Below are positions 53,509-64,000 of a DNA stretch of 64,000 bases, piece after piece. The number at the start of each line of letters is the position of its first letter. The stretch's first letter is position 1. A program made the translations under genes and the position numbers. This stretch comes from Clostridiales bacterium (GTDB lineage Bacteria > Bacillota > Clostridia > Christensenellales > CAG-138): contig SFEL01000014.1 of the NCBI GenBank assembly GCA_004557245.1, forward strand, positions 2,093 through 66,092, read 5' to 3'. The notes beneath the pieces are model-generated. The model did not search any database. It was not told where the DNA came from and saw only the letters and a program-made list of their open reading frames with translations.

Positions 53509-54342
53509 ATGGCCAATATACAGCGTGGCCGCACAGGCTGGAAAAAGGAGGAGGACACACTGCTCTTTGCGGAGATAGAAAAGAGCGTGGGCAGAGGGAC
53601 TCCGCTTAAAAGCGTGTTTGAGGCGGTGGCGGAACAGACGGGGCGAAAGCCAAACAGCGTAAGAAACTATTACTATGCCCGCATAAAGGAAAGGGATCTC
53701 AGCACTACAGCTCTTCACGCGGGTGCGTTCGTGCCTTTTACCGAGGAGGAGATACATTCCCTGCTCCGAACGGTGCTCAGCGCCCAGGCAAACGGCATAT
53801 CCGTCCGCTACTGCACCATGAGCATGGGCGGCGGGGACAACAGGGCAATGCTGCGCTACCAGAACAAATACCGGGCGCTGCTGAAGAACCGGCCGGCATT
53901 GGTAAGGCAGGTAGCCGAGGAGCTGAAGGCAGAGGGGGTGGACTTTGACCCGTACTGCACCCCAAAGCAGAGCGAAGGACGCGGAAAGGCGGCAGGCAGC
54001 GTGACGGCGCGTATAAACAGGCTTAAGGGAATGGACGGCGCGGCGTTTATAGAGGGGCTTGACTACATCACCTCCATAGCCGAGGAAGCCGAAAAGAAGG
54101 AGGAGACGTACCGCCGTACCGAAAGCGAGCTACGGGAGCGCATACGCCGTCAGGAAGAGGAGATCAACGCCCAGCAGGGCAGATTCCACGCGCTGCTTCT
54201 GATGTACCGCAGGCTTGTCAGCGCCAACCGTGACTTTATAGGCATGGCCGGCAGGGAGACGGGGCCGGTATCGGAATACGCAAGGCAGCTTGCCCGCAGC
54301 GTTGCGGACTGCGAAAAGGCGCTCACCGAATATCAGGCGTAA
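53509..54342 (+). CDS. Myb/SANT-like (RsfA-family-like) DNA-binding protein with C-terminal coiled coil
   Basis: The N-terminus GWKKEEDTLLFAEIEKSVGRGTPLKSVFEAVAEQTGRKPNSVRNYYY follows the W-x-EED..L...F..V....GR...ACR.RW pattern of RsfA-type prespore regulators. Confidence 0.55.
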   Translation: MANIQRGRTGWKKEEDTLLFAEIEKSVGRGTPLKSVFEAVAEQTGRKPNSVRNYYYARIKERDLSTTALHAGAFVPFTEEEIHSLLRTVLSAQANGISVRYCTMSMGGGDNRAMLRYQNKYRALLKNRPALVRQVAEELKAEGVDFDPYCTPKQSEGRGKAAGSVTARINRLKGMDGAAFIEGLDYITSIAEEAEKKEETYRRTESELRERIRRQEEEINAQQGRFHALLLMYRRLVSANRDFIGMAGRETGPVSEYARQLARSVADCEKALTEYQA

Positions 54343-54352
54343 CTTACATTAA

Positions 54353-54537
54353 GCCTTGGGGTTGTTAAGGGGCCGCAGCCCCTTATGGCTTTATTCGGAT
54401 TTGGCGACATGTGCGGCAAATCCGCAAAAAGCGCTTGCGCAGCAAGGCTTTCCCTGCATTCGGTGCTGGCCGCGCAATAGGCGCAAGCACCGGATGAAAA
54501 AAACTCGAAAAAGTGGTTTTTAACCACTTTTTCGAAA
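54353..54537 (+). repeat. Multi-hairpin intergenic repeat element, copy 5 (subtype b)
   Basis: GGTTGTTAAGGGGCCGCAGCCCCTTAT..TTTGGCGACATGTGCGGCAAATCC..TGCTGGCCGCGCAATAGGCGCAAGCA..CGAAAAAGTGGTTTTTAACCACTTTTTCG. Confidence 0.8.
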
Positions 54538-54608
54538 GCTTTAACTGTGCCGCTTGCCATGGTATAATTTACTATAAGGTAAATTACAGCAAAGGAAAGG
54601 TAAGCGGC

Positions 54609-55919
54609 ATGGATCTTTTTTCGGCCGGCATGAATAAGCACGCGCCGCTGGCGGACAGGATGCGCCCAAGGACGCTGGACGAATTTGTGGGCCAGCAGCA
54701 TATAGTGGGCAAGGGAAAGCTTCTCAGGAGGGCCATCGAGACGGATTCCCTCCAGTCCAGCATATTCTTCGGCCCTCCGGGCTGCGGAAAGACCACCCTC
54801 GCCTCAATAGTGGCCAACACCACGGGATCGGATTTTGTAAAGCTCAACGCGGTGACCTCCGGCGTCAAGGACGTGCGCGGGGTCATAGCCAATGCTGAGG
54901 ACAACCTCAGGCTTTACGGCAGGGAGACGTATCTTTTGCTGGATGAATGCCACCGCTGGAGCAAGGCCCAGAGCGACAGCATACTGCCGGCCCTGGAGCG
55001 CGGAATAATAAAATTCATAGGTTCTACCACGGAAAACCCCATGGTATCCATGACGGGGGCTATTGTTTCCCGGTGCCGCGCCTTCCAGTTTTATCCGCTT
55101 ACTGAAGAGGACGTAAAGAAGTGCATCAAGGCCGCCGTGGCCGATAAGGAACGGGGCATGGGCAACTATGATACGGAGATAGACGAAGGGGCGTACGACC
55201 ACATCGCCCGCATAGCCAACGGCGACGTGCGGACGGCTCTTAACGCCATAGAGCTGGCCATACTCACCACCGAGGCGGACGGCAATGGGGTGATACACGT
55301 AACGGAGGATATCGCCGCCGAGAGCATACAGCAGAAGCTCATAAACTGCGACGATCAGCAGTTTTACGACATGCTGTCCGCCTTCTGCAAGAGCCTGCGG
55401 GGCGGGGACAGCGATGCTGCAATAGCGTGGTTTGCCCGGCTCATATACGCGGGCATAGACCCGCGGATAATCTGCCGCAGGCTCATCGCACACGCCTCGG
55501 AGGACGTGGGCCTCGCCAACCCCCAGGCCATGGTGCAGGCGGTGGCGGCGGCTCAGGCGCTGGAGTTCATAGGGATGCCTGAGGCAGGGCTGTCCATCAC
55601 GCAGGCAATAATATTCATCTGCGAGAGCCCGAAATCCAACTCGGTAGTCATCGCAAAGGATACGGCCTTCGCCGAGGCTAAGAGCATACCCGACCAGCCG
55701 GTGCCGATACACCTCAGGGATACCAGCTACCCCGGCGCGTCAAAGCTGGGCCACGGCAGGGGCTATAAGTACCCCCACGACTATCCCGGCCACGTGGTGG
55801 CTCAGGAGTACATGCCGCCCAGCGTAAAGGGCCATAAGTACTACATACCCGGCGAGCTGGGCAGCGAAGGGAAGATACGCCAGAACCATATCAATCAGGG
55901 AAGGATAAAGGAAAAATGA
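54609..55919 (+). CDS. rarA: Replication-associated recombination protein A (AAA+ ATPase MgsA/RarA)
   Basis: N-terminus PLADRMRPRTLDEFVGQQHI, Walker A GPPGCGKTT, and the MgsA C-terminal domain. The start is set at MDLFSAG. Confidence 0.92.
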   Translation: MDLFSAGMNKHAPLADRMRPRTLDEFVGQQHIVGKGKLLRRAIETDSLQSSIFFGPPGCGKTTLASIVANTTGSDFVKLNAVTSGVKDVRGVIANAEDNLRLYGRETYLLLDECHRWSKAQSDSILPALERGIIKFIGSTTENPMVSMTGAIVSRCRAFQFYPLTEEDVKKCIKAAVADKERGMGNYDTEIDEGAYDHIARIANGDVRTALNAIELAILTTEADGNGVIHVTEDIAAESIQQKLINCDDQQFYDMLSAFCKSLRGGDSDAAIAWFARLIYAGIDPRIICRRLIAHASEDVGLANPQAMVQAVAAAQALEFIGMPEAGLSITQAIIFICESPKSNSVVIAKDTAFAEAKSIPDQPVPIHLRDTSYPGASKLGHGRGYKYPHDYPGHVVAQEYMPPSVKGHKYYIPGELGSEGKIRQNHINQGRIKEK

Positions 55920-57301
55920 TAAGCAGGACATCGGCTGAAAGGGTGCTCAACGCTGCCCTCGCAACAGGGGGAGATTTCGCGGAGCTTTACATGGAGGACG
56001 GGGAGAGCCACAGCATATCCATGCTGGACGGCGTGGTGGAGAATGCCGCCTACAGCCGCGCGCGCGGCGCGGGGGTGCGCATACTTTCCGGTACCCGTTC
56101 CGCCTACGCCTATACGGTGGATATATCCGAGTCCGCCCTTGTGGAGACGGCGAAAAAGGCCTCGGCTATAATAAAGGGCGAAGGGGGCGGTGTGCTGCCC
56201 TTCACGGATATACGCGACGGCAACTACAGGTGCAGGATACCCTTCTCGGCGGTGGATAACGCAAAGCGGGTACACCTGTTAAAGCTTGGCACAGACGCGG
56301 CGAAGGCTGAGTCCGGCGAGATAACCAAGGTCAGCGCCGCATATATGGATACGGATAAAAAGGTGCTGGTCTGCAACACCGAGGGAGTATGGGCGGAGGA
56401 CAGGCGGCCGCGCACACGCCTCGCCTTTACGGCGGTGGCAAGCGACGGCATGGAATTCCAGACCGGGCAGGAGATACCTGCCTTCGGCATGGGCTTTGAG
56501 GCTTATGAGCTGATAGACCCCGAAAAGGATGGGCGCACCGCCGCCCGGACTGCCGTTACGATGCTTCACGGAGTGGATTGCCCGGCGGGATATATGCCGG
56601 TAGTCATAGACGGCGGCTTCGGCGGAGTCATACTCCACGAGGCCTGCGTGCATTCATTGGAAGCTACCTCCGTCGCCCGCGGCAATTCCGAATTCTGCGG
56701 AAAGCTGGGCCAGAAGATAGCCAGCGACATAGTGACCGCCATAGACGACGGCACACTCCCCGGCGAATGGGGCAGCATACGCTACGACGACGAGGGCAAC
56801 CCCTCCCAGTGCAACGTACTCATACAAAACGGCATGCTTAAGAGCTATCTTGTGGACAGGCTGGGCAGCCGGATAATGAACCAGCCTATGACAGGCTCCG
56901 CCAGGCGGCAGAGCTACGAGTTCGCACCCACCTCCAGAATGACCAACACCTTCTTCGCCCCCGGCTACGACGACGAGGAGGAGATGATAAGGACCATGGG
57001 AGAGGGACTTTTTGCGGCTAAGATGGGCGGAGGCTCGGTGAACCCGCTGACAGGCGAATTTAACTTCTCGGTGCTGGAAGGCTACTGGGTAAAGGACGGC
57101 AAGATACACTGCCCGGTACGGGGCGCAGCCCTCATAGGCCGGGGGGCGGACGTGCTGATGAAGATAGACCGGGTAGGCATGAATATGTGGTTTGGCCACG
57201 GCATGTGCGGCTCACGCTCCGGCAGCGTGCCTACAAACGTGGGACAGCCCAGGATAAGGGTGAGCGGCATAACCGTTGGCGGAAAGGGAGGCAGGCTGTG
57301 A
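55916..57301 (+). CDS. tldD: TldD family metalloprotease/modulator
   Basis: PmbA_TldD fold with GADFAELY-like GGDFAELY and the C-terminal GxC motif region. It forms an overlapping pair with a PmbA-like gene. Confidence 0.88.
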   Translation: MISRTSAERVLNAALATGGDFAELYMEDGESHSISMLDGVVENAAYSRARGAGVRILSGTRSAYAYTVDISESALVETAKKASAIIKGEGGGVLPFTDIRDGNYRCRIPFSAVDNAKRVHLLKLGTDAAKAESGEITKVSAAYMDTDKKVLVCNTEGVWAEDRRPRTRLAFTAVASDGMEFQTGQEIPAFGMGFEAYELIDPEKDGRTAARTAVTMLHGVDCPAGYMPVVIDGGFGGVILHEACVHSLEATSVARGNSEFCGKLGQKIASDIVTAIDDGTLPGEWGSIRYDDEGNPSQCNVLIQNGMLKSYLVDRLGSRIMNQPMTGSARRQSYEFAPTSRMTNTFFAPGYDDEEEMIRTMGEGLFAAKMGGGSVNPLTGEFNFSVLEGYWVKDGKIHCPVRGAALIGRGADVLMKIDRVGMNMWFGHGMCGSRSGSVPTNVGQPRIRVSGITVGGKGGRL

Positions 57302-58695
57302 TGCATAACGGGCTTGACAGGGAGCATAAGGCCGAGATAAAAGCGGACGGAAGGATAAAGGAATACGCCCACAGGCTCATGACCATTGCCATGGACAGGG
57401 GCTGCGACGGCGCGGAGGTATGCGTAAACGAGTCCGACGAGTTCTCGGTAGGTGTACTGGAGGACGAGGTGGACGACTATACCGTAAGCTCCTCCTTCGG
57501 TTTAGGAATAAGGGTGCAGAAGGACGGAAGGAACGGCTACGCCTATACCGAAGCTATGGATGACCCGGAGGGCTTTGTGGAGGAGGCCATAGATAATGCG
57601 GAGACGGTAAAGAGCGAGGATATACACCCCATGGCGGAGCCTGCGGAGTATCCGGAAATACAAAAAAAGACCGACGCACTGAAGGACATGGATGAATCGG
57701 AAAAGATAGAGCTCTGCAAGGCACTGGAACGGGAGACAAAGCGGTGCGACGGCCGGGTAAAGCGGGTGGCCTACTGCAAGGTAGTCACCGCAGGCGGCAG
57801 ATTCTGCATATACAACACCCTGGGCCTCAGGGCCGAAAGGAGCGACAGGGTATCCTGCTGCTATGTGGAGCCGGTGCTGGAGGATAAGGGCCAGATGAGG
57901 GACGGCTTTGCATTCCGGGCAGACGGTGAGGCGCTGGACATAGCGGGCTGCGCCCGGGAGGCCGTCGATGAGGCCATAGCCGCCATGGATCCCGCGCCCG
58001 TAGCGCCCGGCAAGTACGATATAATACTCCGCAACGACGCTATGGCAAGCGTATTGGGTGCTTTTGCAGGCATGTTTTCTGCCGACGCCGCCCAGAAGGG
58101 CCTTTCGCCCCTGGCGGGCAGGGAGGGCGAGGATATAGCGGCGGAGTGCGTCACGCTGATGGACGACCCGCTGTATCCCATCAATCCAAGTCCCTTTGAC
58201 GACGAGGGTACTCCTTCCGTAGCCAAGGCGGTGATAAAGGACGGAAAGCTGGAGACGCTGCTGCACAACCTCAAGACCGCCAAGAAGGCGGGGGTAAAGT
58301 CTACCTCAAACGGCGGCAGGAGCAGCGCCGGCTCGCCGGTAGGCGTGAGAATAACCAATTTTTACATAGCGCCAAAGGAGGGTACGCTGGGGCAGCTCAT
58401 AAGCGAGCTGGGGGACGGCCTGCTCATCACCGACTTTTCCGGCCTCCACGCCGGGGTGAACCCGGTGAGCGGCAAGTTCTCGGTGCTGTGCAAAGGGCGG
58501 CTCATAAAGGACGGCAGGGACGTCCGTGCGGTAAACGAGATAACGCTGAGCGGAGATTTTACAGAGCTGCTCAGATCCATAGTAAGGGTAGGCGGCGATC
58601 TGCGCTTCTCAATGCCCGGAGGCAGCTGCGTCGGCAGCCCATCGGTAATGGTACGGGGCGCCATGATATCAGGCCGGGGCGACGGCGGCCAATAA
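57301..58695 (+). CDS. pmbA: PmbA/TldE family metalloprotease partner
   Basis: PmbA_TldD family pattern. The ATG overlaps the tldD stop (GTGATG). The ORF-track N-terminal extension overlaps tldD and was rejected. Confidence 0.85.
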   Translation: MHNGLDREHKAEIKADGRIKEYAHRLMTIAMDRGCDGAEVCVNESDEFSVGVLEDEVDDYTVSSSFGLGIRVQKDGRNGYAYTEAMDDPEGFVEEAIDNAETVKSEDIHPMAEPAEYPEIQKKTDALKDMDESEKIELCKALERETKRCDGRVKRVAYCKVVTAGGRFCIYNTLGLRAERSDRVSCCYVEPVLEDKGQMRDGFAFRADGEALDIAGCAREAVDEAIAAMDPAPVAPGKYDIILRNDAMASVLGAFAGMFSADAAQKGLSPLAGREGEDIAAECVTLMDDPLYPINPSPFDDEGTPSVAKAVIKDGKLETLLHNLKTAKKAGVKSTSNGGRSSAGSPVGVRITNFYIAPKEGTLGQLISELGDGLLITDFSGLHAGVNPVSGKFSVLCKGRLIKDGRDVRAVNEITLSGDFTELLRSIVRVGGDLRFSMPGGSCVGSPSVMVRGAMISGRGDGGQ

Positions 58696-58836
58696 CCGGA
58701 AAAAACAGGGAAACAGGGCATTTTATTTGACAAGGGGCCGTAAGGAAGTGTATAGTTAATATATGATGTGGAAGGATACACCCATTTTTCGGACAGGCCT
58801 TCCGAAGCACACATGAACGGAGAACAGGAGGAAAAG

Positions 58837-59304
58837 GTGTTCGATGTAGGCGACAGCGTGTTTTATCCCATGCATGGGGTGGGTATCGTGGAAAGCATTG
58901 AGGAAAAGGATATGCTTGGCGAAAGGGCCAAGTATTATATCCTGCGCTTCATTACATCGAAGCTTACGGCAATGGTGCCGGTAGCCTCGGCCGACAGCGT
59001 TGGCCTGAGACCTGTGATAGACTCTTCGGAGTGCGAGAAGATCTTTGAATACCTTGACGCGGCGGCAGTGTGTGCCGAAAGCGAAAACTGGAACCAGCGC
59101 TACAGGGACAACCTGGCAAAGCTCAAGGGCGGCGACATATACGACGTCGCCGACGTTATAAAGTGTCTCAAAAGGCGGGATTCCCTCAAGGGCCTCTCCG
59201 CAGGGGACAGAAAGATGCTCATAACCGCCCGGCAGGTGCTCTCTGCCGAGCTTTCGGCTGCCAGCGGCAGGGATATAGACGAAATCCGAGATATTATCGG
59301 GTAA
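58837..59304 (+). CDS. carD: CarD/CdnL family RNA-polymerase-binding transcription factor
   Basis: VFDVGDSVFYPMHGVGIVESIEE..YYILRF is the CarD_TRCF RID domain. The GTG start sits 5 nt after AGGAGG. The alternative ATG at 58813 is possible. Confidence 0.85.
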   Translation: MFDVGDSVFYPMHGVGIVESIEEKDMLGERAKYYILRFITSKLTAMVPVASADSVGLRPVIDSSECEKIFEYLDAAAVCAESENWNQRYRDNLAKLKGGDIYDVADVIKCLKRRDSLKGLSAGDRKMLITARQVLSAELSAASGRDIDEIRDIIG

Positions 59305-59348
59305 CATCAAAATAAGGCCAAGGGCCGTTAAACGAAAGGAGTTAAGAA

Positions 59349-60419
59349 TTGGCTAAAAAAGTCGCAAGACTATTGCTCACCCTGGCGGGAGCCGCGGTGG
59401 GTGTGGGGCTTGTAGCGCTTGCGAACAGGGTCATCACCTTCCCGGAAGGGCTTACGCTGTATCAGCGCATGCTTCCATGGGGACTGGCGCTTGTGTTTGT
59501 GGGTTCGGGTACTATTATTGCAATCATTTTTAATCTTTTATTTGCCGAACCGCTTACCGCCGCCATAAGCTATGCCGAGGCCGGTATGTCAGCAATGCCA
59601 GCGGGGCAGCTGCTCTACTGCGTTTGCGGTCTGATCGCCGGGCTCGTTGTTGCATTTTTGGCGAGTACTCTGGTGGCGCGCTTCAAGCCTGCGTGGGTAG
59701 TTCTGGTCATAGACGTAATACTGTACATCGCCTTCGGATACCTTGGGTGGAGCGCCATGAGCAGGCGGAAGGGGCAGTTCAGTATGCCTGTTACAGGCGG
59801 CCACGGCAAGGCTCACGGCTCGGCACGGCCCAAGCTTCTGGATACCTCCGTCATAATCGACGGACGCATCGCGGAAATATGTGATACCGGCATAATTGAG
59901 GGCGAAATAATAGTGCCGAGCTTTGTGCTGCGGGAGCTTCAGCATATCGCCGACAGCTCCGATGGCCTCAAGCGCAACAGGGGCAGGCGGGGGCTGGACA
60001 TACTCAAGGGTATGCAGGATAAAAAGTCCGTCCCCATCACCGTAGTCAGCACTGACTATAAGGAGGTGGACGAGGTGGACGCCAAGCTGATACTCATGGC
60101 GTCGGAGCTTGGCGGCGTGGTTGTAACCAACGATTACAACCTTAACAAGGTGGCCGCTGTCCGCAAGGTACCCGTGCTCAATATAAACGAGCTGGCAAAC
60201 GCCCTCAAGCCCATCGCACTGCCCGGCGAGGAAATGAGCGTGTTCGTGGTCAAGGAGGGCAAGGAGGCGGGCCAGGGTATAGGCTATATGGATGACGGCA
60301 CTATGATAGTCATAGAGAATGGCAGGCGCCTCGTGGGCGAAACGGTGAACGTCACCGTTACAAGCGTATTGCAGACCTCGGCGGGAAGGATGATATTCGC
60401 CAAGGTAAAGCAGTCATAG
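59349..60419 (+). CDS. yacL: PIN/TRAM domain membrane protein (YacL-like)
   Basis: Four N-terminal TM segments, a PIN domain (LLDTSVIIDGR) and a C-terminal TRAM domain (VNVTVTSVLQTSAGRMIFAKV). TTG start 7 nt after AAGGAG. Confidence 0.85.
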   Translation: MAKKVARLLLTLAGAAVGVGLVALANRVITFPEGLTLYQRMLPWGLALVFVGSGTIIAIIFNLLFAEPLTAAISYAEAGMSAMPAGQLLYCVCGLIAGLVVAFLASTLVARFKPAWVVLVIDVILYIAFGYLGWSAMSRRKGQFSMPVTGGHGKAHGSARPKLLDTSVIIDGRIAEICDTGIIEGEIIVPSFVLRELQHIADSSDGLKRNRGRRGLDILKGMQDKKSVPITVVSTDYKEVDEVDAKLILMASELGGVVVTNDYNLNKVAAVRKVPVLNINELANALKPIALPGEEMSVFVVKEGKEAGQGIGYMDDGTMIVIENGRRLVGETVNVTVTSVLQTSAGRMIFAKVKQS

Positions 60420-60488
60420 AAAAAATCAGGGCCCATTGCCCGGAGTTAAACCAAATATAAAAAATATTAAGAAAGGCCATTATTCTCG

Positions 60489-60517
60489 TTGACAACCTTG
60501 ACACGCGGTGTTACAAT
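60489..60517 (+). promoter_or_regulatory. Promoter upstream of rpoB (TTGACA-17 nt-TACAAT)
   Basis: Near-consensus hexamers about 175 nt upstream of the rpoB ATG. Confidence 0.45.
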
Positions 60518-60693
60518 AATATACTGCGTTAGCATGGTAAATTGCGGGGATTGGCCTTTTTACAGTTGATTTTTCCCGTAAAAATCATGCTGGGTATCCT
60601 ATGCCCACAAAATGGAAATGCTCATATGGAGTGACGCGCCGATAATATAATCCATGGTTATATGGTAATAACAAAGTATAAGGAGTGAACGCG

Positions 60694-63600
60694 ATGGTGC
60701 ATGAGGTTTACATGGGCAAGAAAAAGCGCATGAGCTTTTCCCGTATCAATGAAGTTCTTGATATGCCCGACCTGATAGAGGTTCAGAAAAATTCCTATCA
60801 GCGCTTTGTGGAGGAGGATCTCAAGGAAGTTCTTGACGACATTTCGCCCATTACAGACTATTCCGAAAAGCTCGTCCTTGAGTTTGTAGATTACTCCATA
60901 GATTTCGACCATCCGAAATACTCGGTGGAGGAGTGCAAGGAAAGGGACGTAAACTACTGCGCCCCGCTTCGCGTTACAGTTCGCCTTATAAATAAAGAGA
61001 CCGGCGAGGTCAAGGAACAGCCCGTGTTCATGGGCGACTTCCCTCTTATGACCGAGCAGGGCACGTTCATCATAAACGGTGCAGAGCGGGTAATAGTCTC
61101 TCAGCTGGTCCGCTCACCCGGCGTATACTATTCCGAATCTATAGATAAAGTCGGCAAGCACCTCTTTGCCTCTCAGGTGATACCTAACCGCGGCGCCTGG
61201 CTGGAGTACGAGACCGACAGCAACGAGATAATGTACGTAAAGATCGACCGCCAGAGGAAGGTCTTTATAACTGCGCTGCTGCGTGCCCTGGGCTACAGCT
61301 CAGACGGCGAGATACTGGAGCTTTTGGGCGAAGACGAGCGCCTGAAGATAACCCTCGAGAAGGATACAACCAAAAACACCGAGGAAGGCCTGATAGAGAT
61401 ATACAAGCGCCAGCGCCCCGGCGAGCCTCCTACAGAGGAATCTGCGCGCAGCCTGCTGAACGCCCTGTTCTTTGACAAGCGCTACGACCTTGCCAGAGTG
61501 GGCCGCTATAAGTTTAATAAGAAGCTCTCCATCGCCTCACGCCTTCACGGCCTTACTGCGGCGGAAAACGTCATAGCTCCCGGCACCGGCGAGATACTTG
61601 CCACTGAGGGAGAAGTAATAAGCCGGGAGGCCGCCGAAGCCATCGAAAACGCCGGCGTACACGGCGTATACGTCATAGCGCCCGACGGCGCCAGGGTAAA
61701 GATACTCGGCAACCTGTTCGTCGACGCCAGGTGCTACCTGAAGTTCGATCCCGAAGAGGCCGGCCTGAACGAGAAGGTACATTATCCCACCTTCATGAAG
61801 CTTCTGGAGGAAGCGGGGGACATGGAAGAGGAGGAACTCAAGAAGTTCCTGAAGGCCCGGGTATACGACCTTATACCCCGCCATATCATCACCGATGATA
61901 TAACCGCCTCCATAAGCTATCTTCTCGGCATGAGCCACGGCATAGGCCGCACCGACGATATCGACCATCTGGGCAACCGCCGCATAAGAAGCGTGGGCGA
62001 GCTGCTACAGAACCAGATCCGCGTCGGCATGACCCGCCTCGAGCGCGTGGTGAGGGAGCGCATGTCCATACAGGACACCGAGACCGCCATGCCCTCCAAC
62101 CTCATAAATATCCGCCCCGTGACGGCCGCCATAAAGGAGTTCTTCGGTTCATCCCAGCTGTCCCAGTTTATGGACCAGACAAACCCCCTTGCGGAGCTTA
62201 CCCATAAGCGCAGGCTGTCCGCTCTGGGACCCGGGGGCCTGAACCGTGAGCGCGCCACATTCGAAGTTCGAGACGTTCACTATTCCCATTACGGCCGCAT
62301 GTGCCCCATAGAGACCCCTGAAGGCCCTAACATAGGCCTTATAAACTCCCTTTCCACCTATGCCCGCATAAACCGCTACGGCTTTATCGAGGCGCCCTAC
62401 CGCAAGGTGGACGGGAAGAACAAGAGCATAAGCGACGAGATAGTTTACCTCACCGCCGACGAGGAGGACGACTACATAGTGGCTCAGGCAAACGAGCCTA
62501 CCATTACCGACGAGAACGGCAGGGTGTGGTTTGCCAAGGACAGGGTCGTTGCAAGAAGGCTGGACGAGATAATCGAAGTAAAGGCCACCGAGACCGACTA
62601 CATGGACGTATCCCCCAAGCAGCTGGTGTCCGTCGCTACCGCAATGATACCATTCCTGGAGAACGACGACGCTAACCGCGCGCTGATGGGCTCCAATATG
62701 CAGCGTCAGGCAGTGCCCCTCCTCAAGCCCGAGGCTCCCGTGGTGGGCACGGGCATGGAGTACAAGGCCGCACACGACTCAGGCGTCGTGGTGCTTTCCC
62801 GCCAGCACGGCGTCGTAAAGCGCGTTGACGCAAGCCATATAGTGATAACCGGCGATGACGGCAACGACAGGACCTACAACATAATCAAGTTTAAACGCTC
62901 CAACCAGGGCACCTGCATCAACCAGCGTCCCATAGTGGTAAAGGGCGAACGGGTAATACCCGGGCAGGTGATAGCGGACGGCGCCTCCACCGATCAGGGA
63001 GAGATAGCGCTGGGACGCAATATCCTCATAGGCTTTATGACCTGGGAGGGCTATAACTACGAGGACGCCGTACTGATAAGCGAAAAGCTCGTCAAGGAAG
63101 ACGTCTATACCTCCATACATATCGAGGAGCACGAGACCGAAGCCCGCGATACCAAGCTGGGCGAGGAAGAGATAACCCGCGATATCCCCAACGTGGGCGA
63201 GGATGCGCTGGCCAATCTGGACGACCGCGGCATTATCCGCATCGGCGCAGAGGTGCAGAGCGGCGACATACTGGTCGGCAAGGTAACGCCCAAGGGCGAG
63301 ACCGAGCTCACCGCCGAGGAGCGGCTGCTCCGCGCCATATTCGGCGAGAAGGCAAGAGAGGTCAGGGATACCTCCCTCCGGGTGCCTCATGGCGAAGGCG
63401 GAGTCATAGTAGACGTAAAGGTCTTCACGAGGGCGAACAAGGACGAGCTGCCTCCGGGAGTAAACGAGCTGGTTCGCGTATACATAGCGCAGAAGCGCAA
63501 GATATCCGTAGGCGATAAGATGGCGGGCCGCCACGGCAACAAGGGTGTTGTATCCAGGATACTTCCCGAGGAGGATATGCCCTTCCTGCCCGACGGCACT

Positions 63601-64000
63601 CCCTTGCAGATAGTGCTGAACCCTCTGGGCGTTCCTTCCCGAATGAATATAGGTCAGGTGCTTGAGCTGCATCTGGGCATGGCCGCCAAGACCCTCGGCT
63701 GGAACATCGCTACCCCCGTATTCGATGGCGCTACCGAGGAGGACATAAAGTCCATGCTGGTAAAGGCCGGCAAGGACTGGGACGGCAAGACGGTGCTTTA
63801 CGACGGCCGCACCGGCGAGCCCTTCGAGAACAGGATATCCGTAGGCTATATGTACTACCTGAAGCTGCATCACCTGGTAGACGACAAGATACATGCCCGT
63901 TCCACCGGCCCCTACAGCCTGGTTACTCAGCAGCCTCTGGGCGGCAAGGCTCAGTTCGGCGGCCAGCGCTTCGGCGAAATGGAGGTCTGGGCACTGGAGG
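60694..64000 (+). CDS. rpoB: DNA-directed RNA polymerase subunit beta (5' partial; continues beyond the window)
   Basis: The frame is open from the ATG (AAGGAG 8 nt upstream) to the window end. RpoB signatures are present: [61 protein letters not shown]. Confidence 0.97.
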   Translation, partial: MVHEVYMGKKKRMSFSRINEVLDMPDLIEVQKNSYQRFVEEDLKEVLDDISPITDYSEKLVLEFVDYSIDFDHPKYSVEECKERDVNYCAPLRVTVRLINKETGEVKEQPVFMGDFPLMTEQGTFIINGAERVIVSQLVRSPGVYYSESIDKVGKHLFASQVIPNRGAWLEYETDSNEIMYVKIDRQRKVFITALLRALGYSSDGEILELLGEDERLKITLEKDTTKNTEEGLIEIYKRQRPGEPPTEESARSLLNALFFDKRYDLARVGRYKFNKKLSIASRLHGLTAAENVIAPGTGEILATEGEVISREAAEAIENAGVHGVYVIAPDGARVKILGNLFVDARCYLKFDPEEAGLNEKVHYPTFMKLLEEAGDMEEEELKKFLKARVYDLIPRHIITDDITASISYLLGMSHGIGRTDDIDHLGNRRIRSVGELLQNQIRVGMTRLERVVRERMSIQDTETAMPSNLINIRPVTAAIKEFFGSSQLSQFMDQTNPLAELTHKRRLSALGPGGLNRERATFEVRDVHYSHYGRMCPIETPEGPNIGLINSLSTYARINRYGFIEAPYRKVDGKNKSISDEIVYLTADEEDDYIVAQANEPTITDENGRVWFAKDRVVARRLDEIIEVKATETDYMDVSPKQLVSVATAMIPFLENDDANRALMGSNMQRQAVPLLKPEAPVVGTGMEYKAAHDSGVVVLSRQHGVVKRVDASHIVITGDDGNDRTYNIIKFKRSNQGTCINQRPIVVKGERVIPGQVIADGASTDQGEIALGRNILIGFMTWEGYNYEDAVLISEKLVKEDVYTSIHIEEHETEARDTKLGEEEITRDIPNVGEDALANLDDRGIIRIGAEVQSGDILVGKVTPKGETELTAEERLLRAIFGEKAREVRDTSLRVPHGEGGVIVDVKVFTRANKDELPPGVNELVRVYIAQKRKISVGDKMAGRHGNKGVVSRILPEEDMPFLPDGTPLQIVLNPLGVPSRMNIGQVLELHLGMAAKTLGWNIATPVFDGATEEDIKSMLVKAGKDWDGKTVLYDGRTGEPFENRISVGYMYYLKLHHLVDDKIHARSTGPYSLVTQQPLGGKAQFGGQRFGEMEVWALE

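Overview
Chromosomal segment of a spore-forming anaerobic Firmicute, Clostridia-like by gene content: spo0A, a DUF3794-LysM protein, an RsfA-like regulator, an Rnf complex, NfnAB and PPi-PFK. It is moderately GC-rich, and ATA is the dominant Ile codon. Most of the window is housekeeping: glmS, trmO, mscL, degV, lepB, ychF, tilS-hpt, pfp, birA, spo0A, nfnAB, trxA, rnfCDEAB, six tRNAs, punA, asnS, rarA, tldD/pmbA, carD, yacL and the 5' part of rpoB.

Six things stand out from the core genes:
1. At about 39.1-41.7 kb, four homologous small-ORF modules flank a sortase-anchored surface-protein gene. Two are tandem on the left and two tandem, inverted, on the right, and they look like type I toxin-antitoxin loci. 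Each has a 19-35 codon hydrophobic ORF with a hairpin-sequestered SD and a convergent or antisense promoter. The flanked gene has a foreign codon signature.
2. A family of about 190-250 bp multi-hairpin intergenic elements occurs in five same-orientation copies. One copy is bracketed by a 25-bp direct duplication.
3. A conserved 64-nt polypyrimidine/polypurine unit, combining an inverted repeat with a mirror repeat and capable of triplex formation, is present twice.
4. An AT-rich islet of about 2.4 kb sits in the 3' end of spo0A. A displaced, degenerate copy of the spo0A 3' end lies on its far side.
5. The rnf operon has no rnfG.
6. A corA remnant lies next to the tRNA cluster.

No CRISPR array, rRNA, transposase or integrase gene was seen. 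All calls come from reading the sequence and the ORF translations. No database search was run.
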